DNA of 45,996 nt from positions 1 to 45,996 of the forward strand of contig CAMAXG010000003.1 of NCBI GenBank assembly GCA_945862225.1, given 5' to 3'. Source of the DNA: Thermoflexus hugenholtzii JAD2. Lineage in GTDB: Bacteria; Chloroflexota; Limnocylindria; Limnocylindrales; Limnocylindraceae. The position numbers and the translations under genes were made by a program. The notes beneath the pieces were generated by a model that saw only the letters and a program-made list of their open reading frames with translations, made no database searches and was not told the origin of the DNA. This document shows positions 8,527 to 16,744 of this stretch, piece after piece (positions within the stretch are counted from its first letter, which is position 1; each line of letters opens with the position of its first letter).

Positions 8527-9507
8527 ATGGAACGCCGAAAGATCTTGCTCGACGCCGACGTGGGGATCGATGATGCGATCGCCATGCTTCACCTCGCCGG
8601 GCGCAACGACGTTGAACTGATCGCCGTTGGTAGCGTGCACGGCAACATCCCCGCTGACCTCGCCGCCGTCAACGCTCGTCGCCTCCTTGAGCTCTGCGGC
8701 CTCGACGATGTTCCGGTCGCCTACGGCGCGCGCCGACCAATGGCGCAGCCGCTGGCCACCGCCGAGTGGGTGCACGGCGAAGATGGCCTCGGCAATACCA
8801 ACCAGCCCGCGCCGAGGCGCGGGCCTGTTGCTGAAGATGCGGTCTCACAAATCCTGCGCCTCACCCGCGAGATGCCTGGAGAGATCGACCTGCTCGCCGT
8901 TGGCCCACTGACTAACCTCGGACTCGCCCTCTGCCTCGACCCAGAGCTCGCGGGGCGTGTGCGCTCTGTAGTGGTGATGGGCGGTGCGATCGCTCACGAA
9001 GGGAACGCCTCCGCCACAGCTGAAGCCAACATCTGGCACGACCCTGAGGCGGCGAATCTTGTCTTCGGTGCCGAGTGGCCGGTGACCATGGTTGGGCTTG
9101 ATGTGACCCAGGTCACGCGCTTGCGCACCAAGGAGCTTGCTGAAATTGAGGCGATCGGCTCAGTGCGTTCGAAGTTCGCCCTCAAGGTGTTGAGTCACTA
9201 CCTCGACGTCTATCAGCGAACGTTTGGCACGCGCGAGTGCCCACTCCATGATCCGCTCGCCGCTGGCATCGTCGCCGATCCCACCTACATGACCGAGTGG
9301 CTTGATCGCGCAGTAGAGGTGAACACCACTGGCCCAACCCGCGGCGCAACGATCATCGATCGCCGCGCCTGGATGGCTCCCGCCGCCGATGCTCGCGAGA
9401 CGCGTGAGCGCAACGGTGGCAAAGATGCCACCCCGCCACTTGTACGAGTACCAATGAAGGTTGATGGCCCACGCTTCGTCGCCGATCTGATCGCCTCACT
9501 CAAGTAA
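8527..9507 (+). CDS. Inosine/uridine-preferring nucleoside hydrolase
   Basis: DADVGIDDA, GPLTN, AEANIWHDPEAA and LHDP. Confidence 0.93.
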   Translation: MERRKILLDADVGIDDAIAMLHLAGRNDVELIAVGSVHGNIPADLAAVNARRLLELCGLDDVPVAYGARRPMAQPLATAEWVHGEDGLGNTNQPAPRRGPVAEDAVSQILRLTREMPGEIDLLAVGPLTNLGLALCLDPELAGRVRSVVVMGGAIAHEGNASATAEANIWHDPEAANLVFGAEWPVTMVGLDVTQVTRLRTKELAEIEAIGSVRSKFALKVLSHYLDVYQRTFGTRECPLHDPLAAGIVADPTYMTEWLDRAVEVNTTGPTRGATIIDRRAWMAPAADARETRERNGGKDATPPLVRVPMKVDGPRFVADLIASLK

Positions 9508-9568
9508 GGCGCCCTACTCGGCGCGACCGTGCCACGCTGCTGGCACGCACACGTGCCACACTACGAAC

Positions 9569-10504
9569 ATGAAGAAGACTCAGCGCACCCCTTGGCTTGT
9601 GGCCGCAGCTCTGGTTGCCCTGATCGTTGGCTCTGCTGCCGCACCACGAACGTTTGGCTGGGGTGCCGGGCTGGTCGCTGCGGCCGACGAAGAGCCAATC
9701 GACGGGGACCCGATCACCGACGAAAGCGCCGATCCCGATGAGAGAACGTCGCCAGACGAGAGCCTCGATCCCGATGCTTCCGCACCTGCCGAGGAGGAGC
9801 CAGAGCCTGACCCGGGGCAAGATCCGGGAGAGGAGATTACCCCTGACGCCACGGACGGCGAAGGTGGCGAAGACGGCGATGTCGAAGTATCTCCAAGTGA
9901 TGAGCCAGCTACGCCAACTCCACCAGAGCTCACACTCGGCGATCTGCTCGCCGCCGCCACTGCCAGCACACCCTTTGATGCCGATCTCGCGCTGCAGATC
10001 CTGCAGGACTATGCGCCACCGGGCGCACGTGCAATTGAAGTCGCTGATCGACAAACCTTCCGCAACGCACGTACCTACACGATCCGCGAAGTGCGTAGCT
10101 GGTCGCGACTTCCGCAACTCGGCACGTCGAGCGCAACGGTATGGATGCGGTTCGTTGGCGGATCAGAGCGAACGCCGTTCGCCGTTGCCGCTGGACGCGA
10201 CCGTAGCGATCCGCGAATTAGCAGTGTGCGTGTTCGCGAAGGGCGAGCATCGCGCGGGAACCCAGCGCCATATCTTCTGAAAATCGCCGGAAGCGATACG
10301 GGCACCGGCACCGTTGCCATTGAGGTACGGGTTGGCTACGAGAAGCCGCTCAGGTTCGCCGCTGGCGATGAGATTGAGATCGGCCCCTTCATGAAGACTA
10401 CGGGCGGGAAGGTGATCTTGTTGATGCGTGGCGTCACCGTTGAGGTGCGCTTGATTGATGCAGCTGGGAACGAGAGTTCCTGGCGCCGCGTGCGCCTCCC
10501 CTAG
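9569..10504 (+). CDS. Secreted hypothetical protein with acidic Pro-rich region
   Basis: Signal peptide, long D/E/P low-complexity segment, beta-rich C-terminus ending DAAGNESSW; CACACT 6 nt before the ATG. Confidence 0.65.
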   Translation: MKKTQRTPWLVAAALVALIVGSAAAPRTFGWGAGLVAAADEEPIDGDPITDESADPDERTSPDESLDPDASAPAEEEPEPDPGQDPGEEITPDATDGEGGEDGDVEVSPSDEPATPTPPELTLGDLLAAATASTPFDADLALQILQDYAPPGARAIEVADRQTFRNARTYTIREVRSWSRLPQLGTSSATVWMRFVGGSERTPFAVAAGRDRSDPRISSVRVREGRASRGNPAPYLLKIAGSDTGTGTVAIEVRVGYEKPLRFAAGDEIEIGPFMKTTGGKVILLMRGVTVEVRLIDAAGNESSWRRVRLP

Positions 10505-11764
10505 CTAGAGGATCGCCCGCCACCGCGTTGCCGCGTACGCCGTGGCAATCAGCGCCAACCCGCCCGCAACGATCAGCGCGCCTGGTGCCCCAATGAGCGA
10601 AACCACCGCACCTGTCCCAAGCCCACCAATCGGGGTTGAGCCGGCGAAGACCGTCGTATACACGCTCATCACTCGACCGCGTAGTGCTGGCGGCGTCGAG
10701 GTCTGAATCGATGCGTTTGCAGTGGCCGCCATGGCAATCGCGCCGAAGCCAGCGCCAAAGAGAGCCACACCAGTAACGAGTGCCGCCCACGGTGCTCCAC
10801 TCCCGCTGACTGCACCAGCCACGATGGAGAGCACTCCTAGTGCCGCCGCCCCAAGAATAATCACGGCCGTACGCGGCTGGCGGAGCATGGCGACCGCGAG
10901 CGCTCCACTTAACGAACCGAAGCCGATCGCAGCCATAAGCAAGCCGAGGCCAGGCGCACCAATCTCCAGCACGCTGCGCGCGAGGATCGGGATGATCACG
11001 TTGAAGTTCATTGCCACACCAGAAACTACGCCGATCACAAACACACAGAGGGCAATGAGCGGCGTGCGAGCCACGAATCGAACGCCCTCGGCGAGGCTGA
11101 TGAGCACATCGGCAACGGTTCGCGGACGTGGGGTTCGTGGCGCAGGGCGAAGCTCATCAGCACGCATAAAGAGGAGAGCCAGCAACACTGCAAGGAAACT
11201 GGCGCCGTTGACGGCGAAGCAACCGGCTACGCCGATCACCCCGATCAGCACGCCGCCGATCGCTGGGCCGATCACGCGCGCGCCATTGAACATGGCTGAG
11301 TTCATCGCGACGGCGCGACCGACCTCGTCTTCGGGAACCATCTCGCTGAAGAACGACTGGCGAACAGGCATGTCGATGGCATTTACGGCACCGAGCAAGA
11401 CGGCCATGAGAATCAGCAGCGGCAGTGTCATGTGGCCTGTTGCAACTAGCGCGGCCTGAAGTAGAGCGAGCACCATCAGACTGACCTGCGTCCCCATGAG
11501 GGCGCGGTGCTTGGGGAGCGCGTCGGCGAGCACACCGCCGAAGAGTCCGAGGATCATCACTGGGGTGAACTGCGCGGCGGCAACGATGCCGAGCCATGCG
11601 GGCTCATTCGTGAGCTCGGTGATGTACCAGGCCTGTGCAATTGACTGCATCCACGTGCCAGCCAGCGAGACAAGTTGCCCGAACCAGAAGAGGCGGTAGT
11701 TGCGATGGCGAAACGGCCCACGCCAGGCTGGGGTGATGCGGGATCTGCTTCGTGTATTCGGCAT
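10505..11764 (-). CDS. MFS transporter (EntS/DUF894-like)
   Basis: RNYRLFWFGQLVSLAGTWMQ, GGVLAD and LRGRVMSVY; about 12 TM. Confidence 0.9.
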   Translation of the reverse strand: MPNTRSRSRITPAWRGPFRHRNYRLFWFGQLVSLAGTWMQSIAQAWYITELTNEPAWLGIVAAAQFTPVMILGLFGGVLADALPKHRALMGTQVSLMVLALLQAALVATGHMTLPLLILMAVLLGAVNAIDMPVRQSFFSEMVPEDEVGRAVAMNSAMFNGARVIGPAIGGVLIGVIGVAGCFAVNGASFLAVLLALLFMRADELRPAPRTPRPRTVADVLISLAEGVRFVARTPLIALCVFVIGVVSGVAMNFNVIIPILARSVLEIGAPGLGLLMAAIGFGSLSGALAVAMLRQPRTAVIILGAAALGVLSIVAGAVSGSGAPWAALVTGVALFGAGFGAIAMAATANASIQTSTPPALRGRVMSVYTTVFAGSTPIGGLGTGAVVSLIGAPGALIVAGGLALIATAYAATRWRAIL

Positions 11765-11817
11765 CGCTAGAGGCTACACCTGCGCGGATCTACCCCTCGC
11801 CAGCGTGGCGGGTTGGG

Positions 11818-12930
11818 TTAGCGACGCTTGCTCTTTGCGGCTCGCTTCACCGTTTTTGCGCGGGCTGGGGGCTCATCGCGGCGAATTGCGGCAACGGCAG
11901 CGACCACAGGCAGGGCGAAGATCGCCCCAAGGACGCCCCCCACGAGCCCGCCGATGCTGCCCGCAATGAAGACGGTGGTTCCAGAGAGGCGCAGCACGCC
12001 GTTCATCAGACGTGGTGCGAGCTGCGTGGCACAGAGGAGCCAGCCAACAATGATCACCACCGAGCCAGGAAGCACGTAGGGGCCAGCGGCGAGAATCGAG
12101 AGCGCAAGTGGTGGTAGTACCGCAGCGCCCTGGCCAATTGACGGGATCGCCATCACGATGCCGCCAAGCACGGCGGCCAACAGGCCATCGGCTCCAGCAA
12201 TCGTGGCGCCGACGAACACGACTAGGCCGTAGACAAACCCGAGTGCCACATGTCGTCCAATGAACCGCGCAATGATCGTTTCAAGAATCTTGCGTGAACG
12301 CTGCGCGCTGCGCACTCGCCCGCGCGTTGCAATCTGATCAACGGAATCAAGGTGAGCAGGGTTTGCCGAGAGGATCACGCCAATGCCGATCGCCAAGATG
12401 AGCGGGCCAAGCGCACCAATCGCGCCTGCCGCGATCGCCGCAATGTTTGACTGCACCGACGCCGCCACATCGCGGATGGCGAGGATCGCCGTGGTCGCCA
12501 GCGGTACGAGATCAACATTGAGTCCGACAGAGGCGAGTAGGGCGCTGAGTCGCCCAACCATCACGCCGACCTCTGCCGACGTTGGCTCTGGCCCGGCGAT
12601 GATGCCGCCCAGCGATTGCGCGAAGGCAATCGCAAGCTCAATCGCAATGACGATGACAGGAATAGCGCCTGCAATCCACACAAGGACCGCTGCGCGTGTG
12701 CGCGTCCAGCCGCGTGCCACGAGTCGGTCAATTGGCGCATCGGCCAGCGCCGCCAGCAGCCACCCGCCGGCGAGTGCGTAGAGGAGGGGGCCCTGGGCTG
12801 AGATGAAGGTGGTGACGACGCCAAGTCCCGCCATGATGGCGACGAGGGCAAGGCTTGCGAGCGTGGCCCACGCGATTAGGCGAATGCTCTGTGGCCACTC
12901 ATCGCTGCGGAGAGGATTCGGCAGATTCAT
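11818..12930 (-). CDS. AI-2E family transporter
   Basis: PIDRLVARGWTRTRA, IPSIG, LAPRLMNGVLRL and GVLGAIFALPV. Confidence 0.8.
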   Translation of the reverse strand: MNLPNPLRSDEWPQSIRLIAWATLASLALVAIMAGLGVVTTFISAQGPLLYALAGGWLLAALADAPIDRLVARGWTRTRAAVLVWIAGAIPVIVIAIELAIAFAQSLGGIIAGPEPTSAEVGVMVGRLSALLASVGLNVDLVPLATTAILAIRDVAASVQSNIAAIAAGAIGALGPLILAIGIGVILSANPAHLDSVDQIATRGRVRSAQRSRKILETIIARFIGRHVALGFVYGLVVFVGATIAGADGLLAAVLGGIVMAIPSIGQGAAVLPPLALSILAAGPYVLPGSVVIIVGWLLCATQLAPRLMNGVLRLSGTTVFIAGSIGGLVGGVLGAIFALPVVAAVAAIRRDEPPARAKTVKRAAKSKRR

Positions 12931-12939
12931 GAGGTGATC

Positions 12940-14094
12940 TTAGTCCAGCGCCGTGCGCACGATATCGAGCGGGAGTTCCACGGCTGTGGCGCCGTCAGCG
13001 CCACTCATCGTTTCGGCGGCGAAGAGCGCATCAAGGATCGCGGACTCTGTCGCATCAGCGGTCGCCTCAAAGAGCGCAGAGAGGTGTGCATTGACCACCA
13101 TCGTGACTGAGGCTTCGAACGGCTCCTTCGGCTCAAGGTCCTCTGCGGGGAGATGCCCATTCGCGGTGCTAAAGCTGAGCACGAAATCACCCGAGGAGTG
13201 CTCACCGACGCCACCAACGCGGCCGATGCCGATGACCGCTCGCTGCGCAAGGCGATCGAGTTGCATCGGAAGGAGTGGCGCATCCGTCGCGACGATCACA
13301 ATGATGGAGCCTGCCCCGCCGCGAGGATCATCGGGCTTCGGTGCAGCGCCGACCTTGGTCTCCCATGGAAGTGGGTAGTGCTCAGTCGAGAGTGGTCCGT
13401 CGGCGGCGCCCAGCATCTTCCCCTGCAGCGTGAGCCGGTGGCGACGTCCATGGTTCGCCTGAACGAACACCCCAATGGTGTACCCGCCAAGTTCTGCGGG
13501 GAGTCGGCGACTCGATGTGCCGTTGCCGCCCTTAAAGCCGTGGCAGATCATGCCGGTACCGCCACCCTGATTGCCGCGCGGCACTGGCGCACCGTTCGGT
13601 AGCGCAGCTGCCGCATCGAGTGCCTGCTGTGCATGCGCCGCGGTGACATGGAATCCGTTCACGTCGTTCAGCACACCGTCCCAGGTCTCGCCTGCAACGG
13701 GGAGGCTCCATGGTGGTGCGTCGGGTACGTGGTCCAGCGACCAGCTGATCATGGCGTCGTGCACGACACCAACGGAGTGGGTGTTTGTCAGACAGATCGG
13801 CGAGGTGAGCAGACCAGACTCCCGAATCCATTCCAACCCCGTGAGCTCGCCGTTGCCGTTCAGTCGATGGGTGCCAGCAAAGAGCGGGTGTCCCATCTCG
13901 GCGAGCGGGCGGGGAAGAATGGCGGTGACGCCGGTGCGAATCGGTCCAACACCGCGCTTGAGTGCGCCGTCACCCTTGATGATGGTGGTGGCAGCAACGC
14001 GCACGCCCGCAACATCGTTGATTCCGTCCGTTGGGCCAGGAGTAAACCGGCCGATGCGGATTCCAAGGTCGGTGGCTCGGGTGTCTCGTGGCAT
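12940..14094 (-). CDS. DmpA-like L-aminopeptidase/D-esterase (peptidase P1/S58)
   Basis: GINDVAGVRV, NGNGELTG, LTNTHSVG, autoprocessing G/SIIVIVATDAPL and SSGD. Confidence 0.9.
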   Translation of the reverse strand: MPRDTRATDLGIRIGRFTPGPTDGINDVAGVRVAATTIIKGDGALKRGVGPIRTGVTAILPRPLAEMGHPLFAGTHRLNGNGELTGLEWIRESGLLTSPICLTNTHSVGVVHDAMISWSLDHVPDAPPWSLPVAGETWDGVLNDVNGFHVTAAHAQQALDAAAALPNGAPVPRGNQGGGTGMICHGFKGGNGTSSRRLPAELGGYTIGVFVQANHGRRHRLTLQGKMLGAADGPLSTEHYPLPWETKVGAAPKPDDPRGGAGSIIVIVATDAPLLPMQLDRLAQRAVIGIGRVGGVGEHSSGDFVLSFSTANGHLPAEDLEPKEPFEASVTMVVNAHLSALFEATADATESAILDALFAAETMSGADGATAVELPLDIVRTALD

Positions 14095-14129
14095 GGGGGT
14101 AGTGTGCCATCCCGCACTACACTCTCCCT

Positions 14130-14921
14130 ATGTTGCCGCCAACCAAGCCCACGTCCCGCACTCCGCGTGAGCGCATGCCGTTTCGACATATTGGCTCAAC
14201 GATCCTGCTTGCTACCTCGTTCATCCTCGCTGCGGGCGCGCTCGTCACGTGGGGGATCGATCAGCAGATCGGACCCTGGGCCCCAGACGGAGTTGTGGTC
14301 GTCACTGAGGAGCCGTCAACCGGCCCAAGCGGCTCCCCCACTCCAGAGGCCGACCCATCAGACCCTTCAGAGCGCTCGCGCACCACGCCGCCACCCCTCC
14401 CGCCCGTGGATCCAAGCCTGCTCGTTCCCTCGATCGCCGGTGACCCTGTTCGCGTCTTGGTGAGTGGCGTCTGGATCAACCTCCCGGTCGTTCGCCCACC
14501 ACTTGAGGGCGATGGAGCGCCTCGATTCCCCTGGTGTCGTGTTGCCGAGTGGATGCCAAGTAAGGGGAGGGCCGACGGTAAGACGGGCATCCTCTTTATC
14601 TATGCACACAGCCGCTACTGGGAATTCGGCGGTCTTCTCGACAAAACGCCAAAGCAGATGCTTGGTCAGATCATTGAGGTTGATGTTCTGCCAAAGGAAA
14701 CTGGCCAGAAGCTGCTCCGCCTTCGCTACCGCGTGACCGAAGTGCGACAGCACATCACCTCATGGGCTGACATTAGTGATGTGCCAAAGGGTCGCGTCGT
14801 CTTGCAAACCTCTGAAACTGATCGTAGTGATGGAACAAAAATGGTCGTCATTGGAAAGTACGTAGATACAACAGTCTCCACCCGGCCGATGCCGGTAGCA
14901 ACGCCGCAGATCTGCGAATAG
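14130..14921 (+). CDS. Sortase-fold membrane-anchored protein with non-canonical active site (H ... LQTS ... K)
   Basis: N-terminal TM anchor, Pro-rich linker, then sortase-like elements INLPVV, FIYAH, YRVTEV, VVLQTS and KMVVIG. Confidence 0.65.
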   Translation: MLPPTKPTSRTPRERMPFRHIGSTILLATSFILAAGALVTWGIDQQIGPWAPDGVVVVTEEPSTGPSGSPTPEADPSDPSERSRTTPPPLPPVDPSLLVPSIAGDPVRVLVSGVWINLPVVRPPLEGDGAPRFPWCRVAEWMPSKGRADGKTGILFIYAHSRYWEFGGLLDKTPKQMLGQIIEVDVLPKETGQKLLRLRYRVTEVRQHITSWADISDVPKGRVVLQTSETDRSDGTKMVVIGKYVDTTVSTRPMPVATPQICE

Positions 14922-14968
14922 TTTTTCCGGGATCAGCCCAGCAGTATTGAACGAGCTGATCTAGTGCG

Positions 14969-15760
14969 CTAGCGCTGCGCCCGCTCCGCGGCGTAGAGCA
15001 TGATCGCGGACGCCACCGCAAGGTTGAGACTCTCAGCGGTTCCAAGCATCGGAATCAGTGCCGCACTGGCACAGGCGCGGCGCAGGTTGGCACTCAGCCC
15101 ATCCGCCTCAGTGCCGATCACGATCGCCGTTGGGGTTGCGTATGTGAGCTCGCTGTAATCTGATGCTCCGTCGAGTGCAGTGGCAACGGTGCTCCCCGGC
15201 CAGCGCTTCAGTAGCGCGACCGCCTCTTCGTGTGTCGCGCGATAGATCGGCACCGTAAAAATGGAACCCATCGTGGCGCGCACCGTTTCAATGGAGTACG
15301 GGTCGCACGTGTTGCCAACCAGAATCACGCCCCCAGCCGCACAGGCATCGGCGCTGCGAATGGCGCTCCCAAGATTGCCAGGGTCGCGCGGTGCTTCAAG
15401 CATCAGCCAACGTGCTGCTCGGCTCGGGTCAATGGTGGACACCGATTGGGCCTCTGGCGCAGGATCGGCATAGACGGCAAGCTGCTCCTGCGGGTTGTCG
15501 CGTCCAGTGATCTTGGCCAGCACTTCGGTCGTCACCGAGAACGACTCGCGCGCGTGGCTCGCTCCACCGTCAATGGGAGCGCGCAGGGGCCCAGCGGTCA
15601 GCAGCATCTCAGGGATCCAGCCTGCTGCCGTAGCGGTCGCAATGGTGCGCTCGCCCTCAGCCAGGAAGAGGCGCTGCTCGTCACGACCCTTCGGTGTGCG
15701 CAGGGCGCGCAGCCCCTTCACGATCGGGTTGGAGAGGCTTTCAATGCGCAGCGGTTGCAT
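14969..15760 (-). CDS. TrmH/SpoU family RNA 2'-O-methyltransferase
   Basis: DPGNLGSAIRSA, GTEADGLS and IPMLGTAESLNLAVA. Confidence 0.92.
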   Translation of the reverse strand: MQPLRIESLSNPIVKGLRALRTPKGRDEQRLFLAEGERTIATATAAGWIPEMLLTAGPLRAPIDGGASHARESFSVTTEVLAKITGRDNPQEQLAVYADPAPEAQSVSTIDPSRAARWLMLEAPRDPGNLGSAIRSADACAAGGVILVGNTCDPYSIETVRATMGSIFTVPIYRATHEEAVALLKRWPGSTVATALDGASDYSELTYATPTAIVIGTEADGLSANLRRACASAALIPMLGTAESLNLAVASAIMLYAAERAQR

Positions 15761-15775
15761 GGGGGGAGGATACCC

Positions 15776-16744
15776 CTAGGGGGCTGCGACGGTTTCGCCA
15801 ATCAGGCGCAAGAGTGAGTCGCTACCGCGCGCATCCTGCGATAGCTCCCAGATCATGATTCCGCCTGCCAACTGCAGGGCAAGCTCCGTCTTGCGCCGAA
15901 TCGTTGCGGGCCCGTTGTAGTTCTGCTCAAAACCCTTGAAGAGGATGCGATCACCGCTTGCGGTCGCTGGGTCGCTTGCGAGCAGGGTGCGGTAGGTTGC
16001 ACCACCGGGGCGGGCGTAAAACGGCACCCCAAGCACGAGCTTGTCGGGATGAATGCCTCGGGCAAGCCAGCTCGTGATCGAACGTTCGGCCATCGCAAAC
16101 GACGAGTGATCGGTTCTCGGTCCGTCGTACGCCATGAGGTTGATGAAGTCGAGAAGCCCAACGGCATCAGTCGAGATCCCATCCGCGTCCGTGGCATCGG
16201 CGAGCACTGCGGCGGTCACCAGCGCCCCCGCAGGGAGCGCCGATCGGAAGTCCATCGCGAGTGCGGCGAAGCGCTCCGCCGATGCCCCGGCATTTGGATA
16301 CTCCCAATCAATGTCGACCCCGTCGAGTTGGTAGGTGGCACAAAAATCAGCCACGCGCTTCGCGAGCTTTGCGCGAATTGCTGGATCCGCCGCGAGCGTC
16401 TCAAACTCCTTATCCCACCCCCAGCCTCCAACAGCGATGAGCACCTTGACGTCATGTTTCTTCGCTTGCGCAACAACGTTGCGTAAATGATTCGGCGCAC
16501 CGAACGGTCGAGTCGTGCCATTCGCCCGTGGAATGAGGAAGGAGTAATTGATGTGCGTCAGGATCGAGAAGTCAATCGCATCGATGTTTGCCGCCGGCGT
16601 CACATATCCAACGACCTTGAATGGTTGAGTTCGCGCGATTGGTGTCGGGCTTGGCGACGCCGTCGGAACCACCGAAGCCGAGCAGCCGATAAGTACGAGT
16701 GCAAGGCCCACGGCACTCCAGGTTGCTCGTACAAAGCGCACCAT
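15776..16744 (-). CDS. Glycoside hydrolase family 18 (chitinase-like) lipoprotein
   Basis: Intact catalytic DGVDIDWEYP, plus LMAYD, LGVPFY and GGIMIWELSQD; lipobox LIGC; TGATG overlap with the upstream gene. Confidence 0.9.
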   Translation of the reverse strand: MVRFVRATWSAVGLALVLIGCSASVVPTASPSPTPIARTQPFKVVGYVTPAANIDAIDFSILTHINYSFLIPRANGTTRPFGAPNHLRNVVAQAKKHDVKVLIAVGGWGWDKEFETLAADPAIRAKLAKRVADFCATYQLDGVDIDWEYPNAGASAERFAALAMDFRSALPAGALVTAAVLADATDADGISTDAVGLLDFINLMAYDGPRTDHSSFAMAERSITSWLARGIHPDKLVLGVPFYARPGGATYRTLLASDPATASGDRILFKGFEQNYNGPATIRRKTELALQLAGGIMIWELSQDARGSDSLLRLIGETVAAP

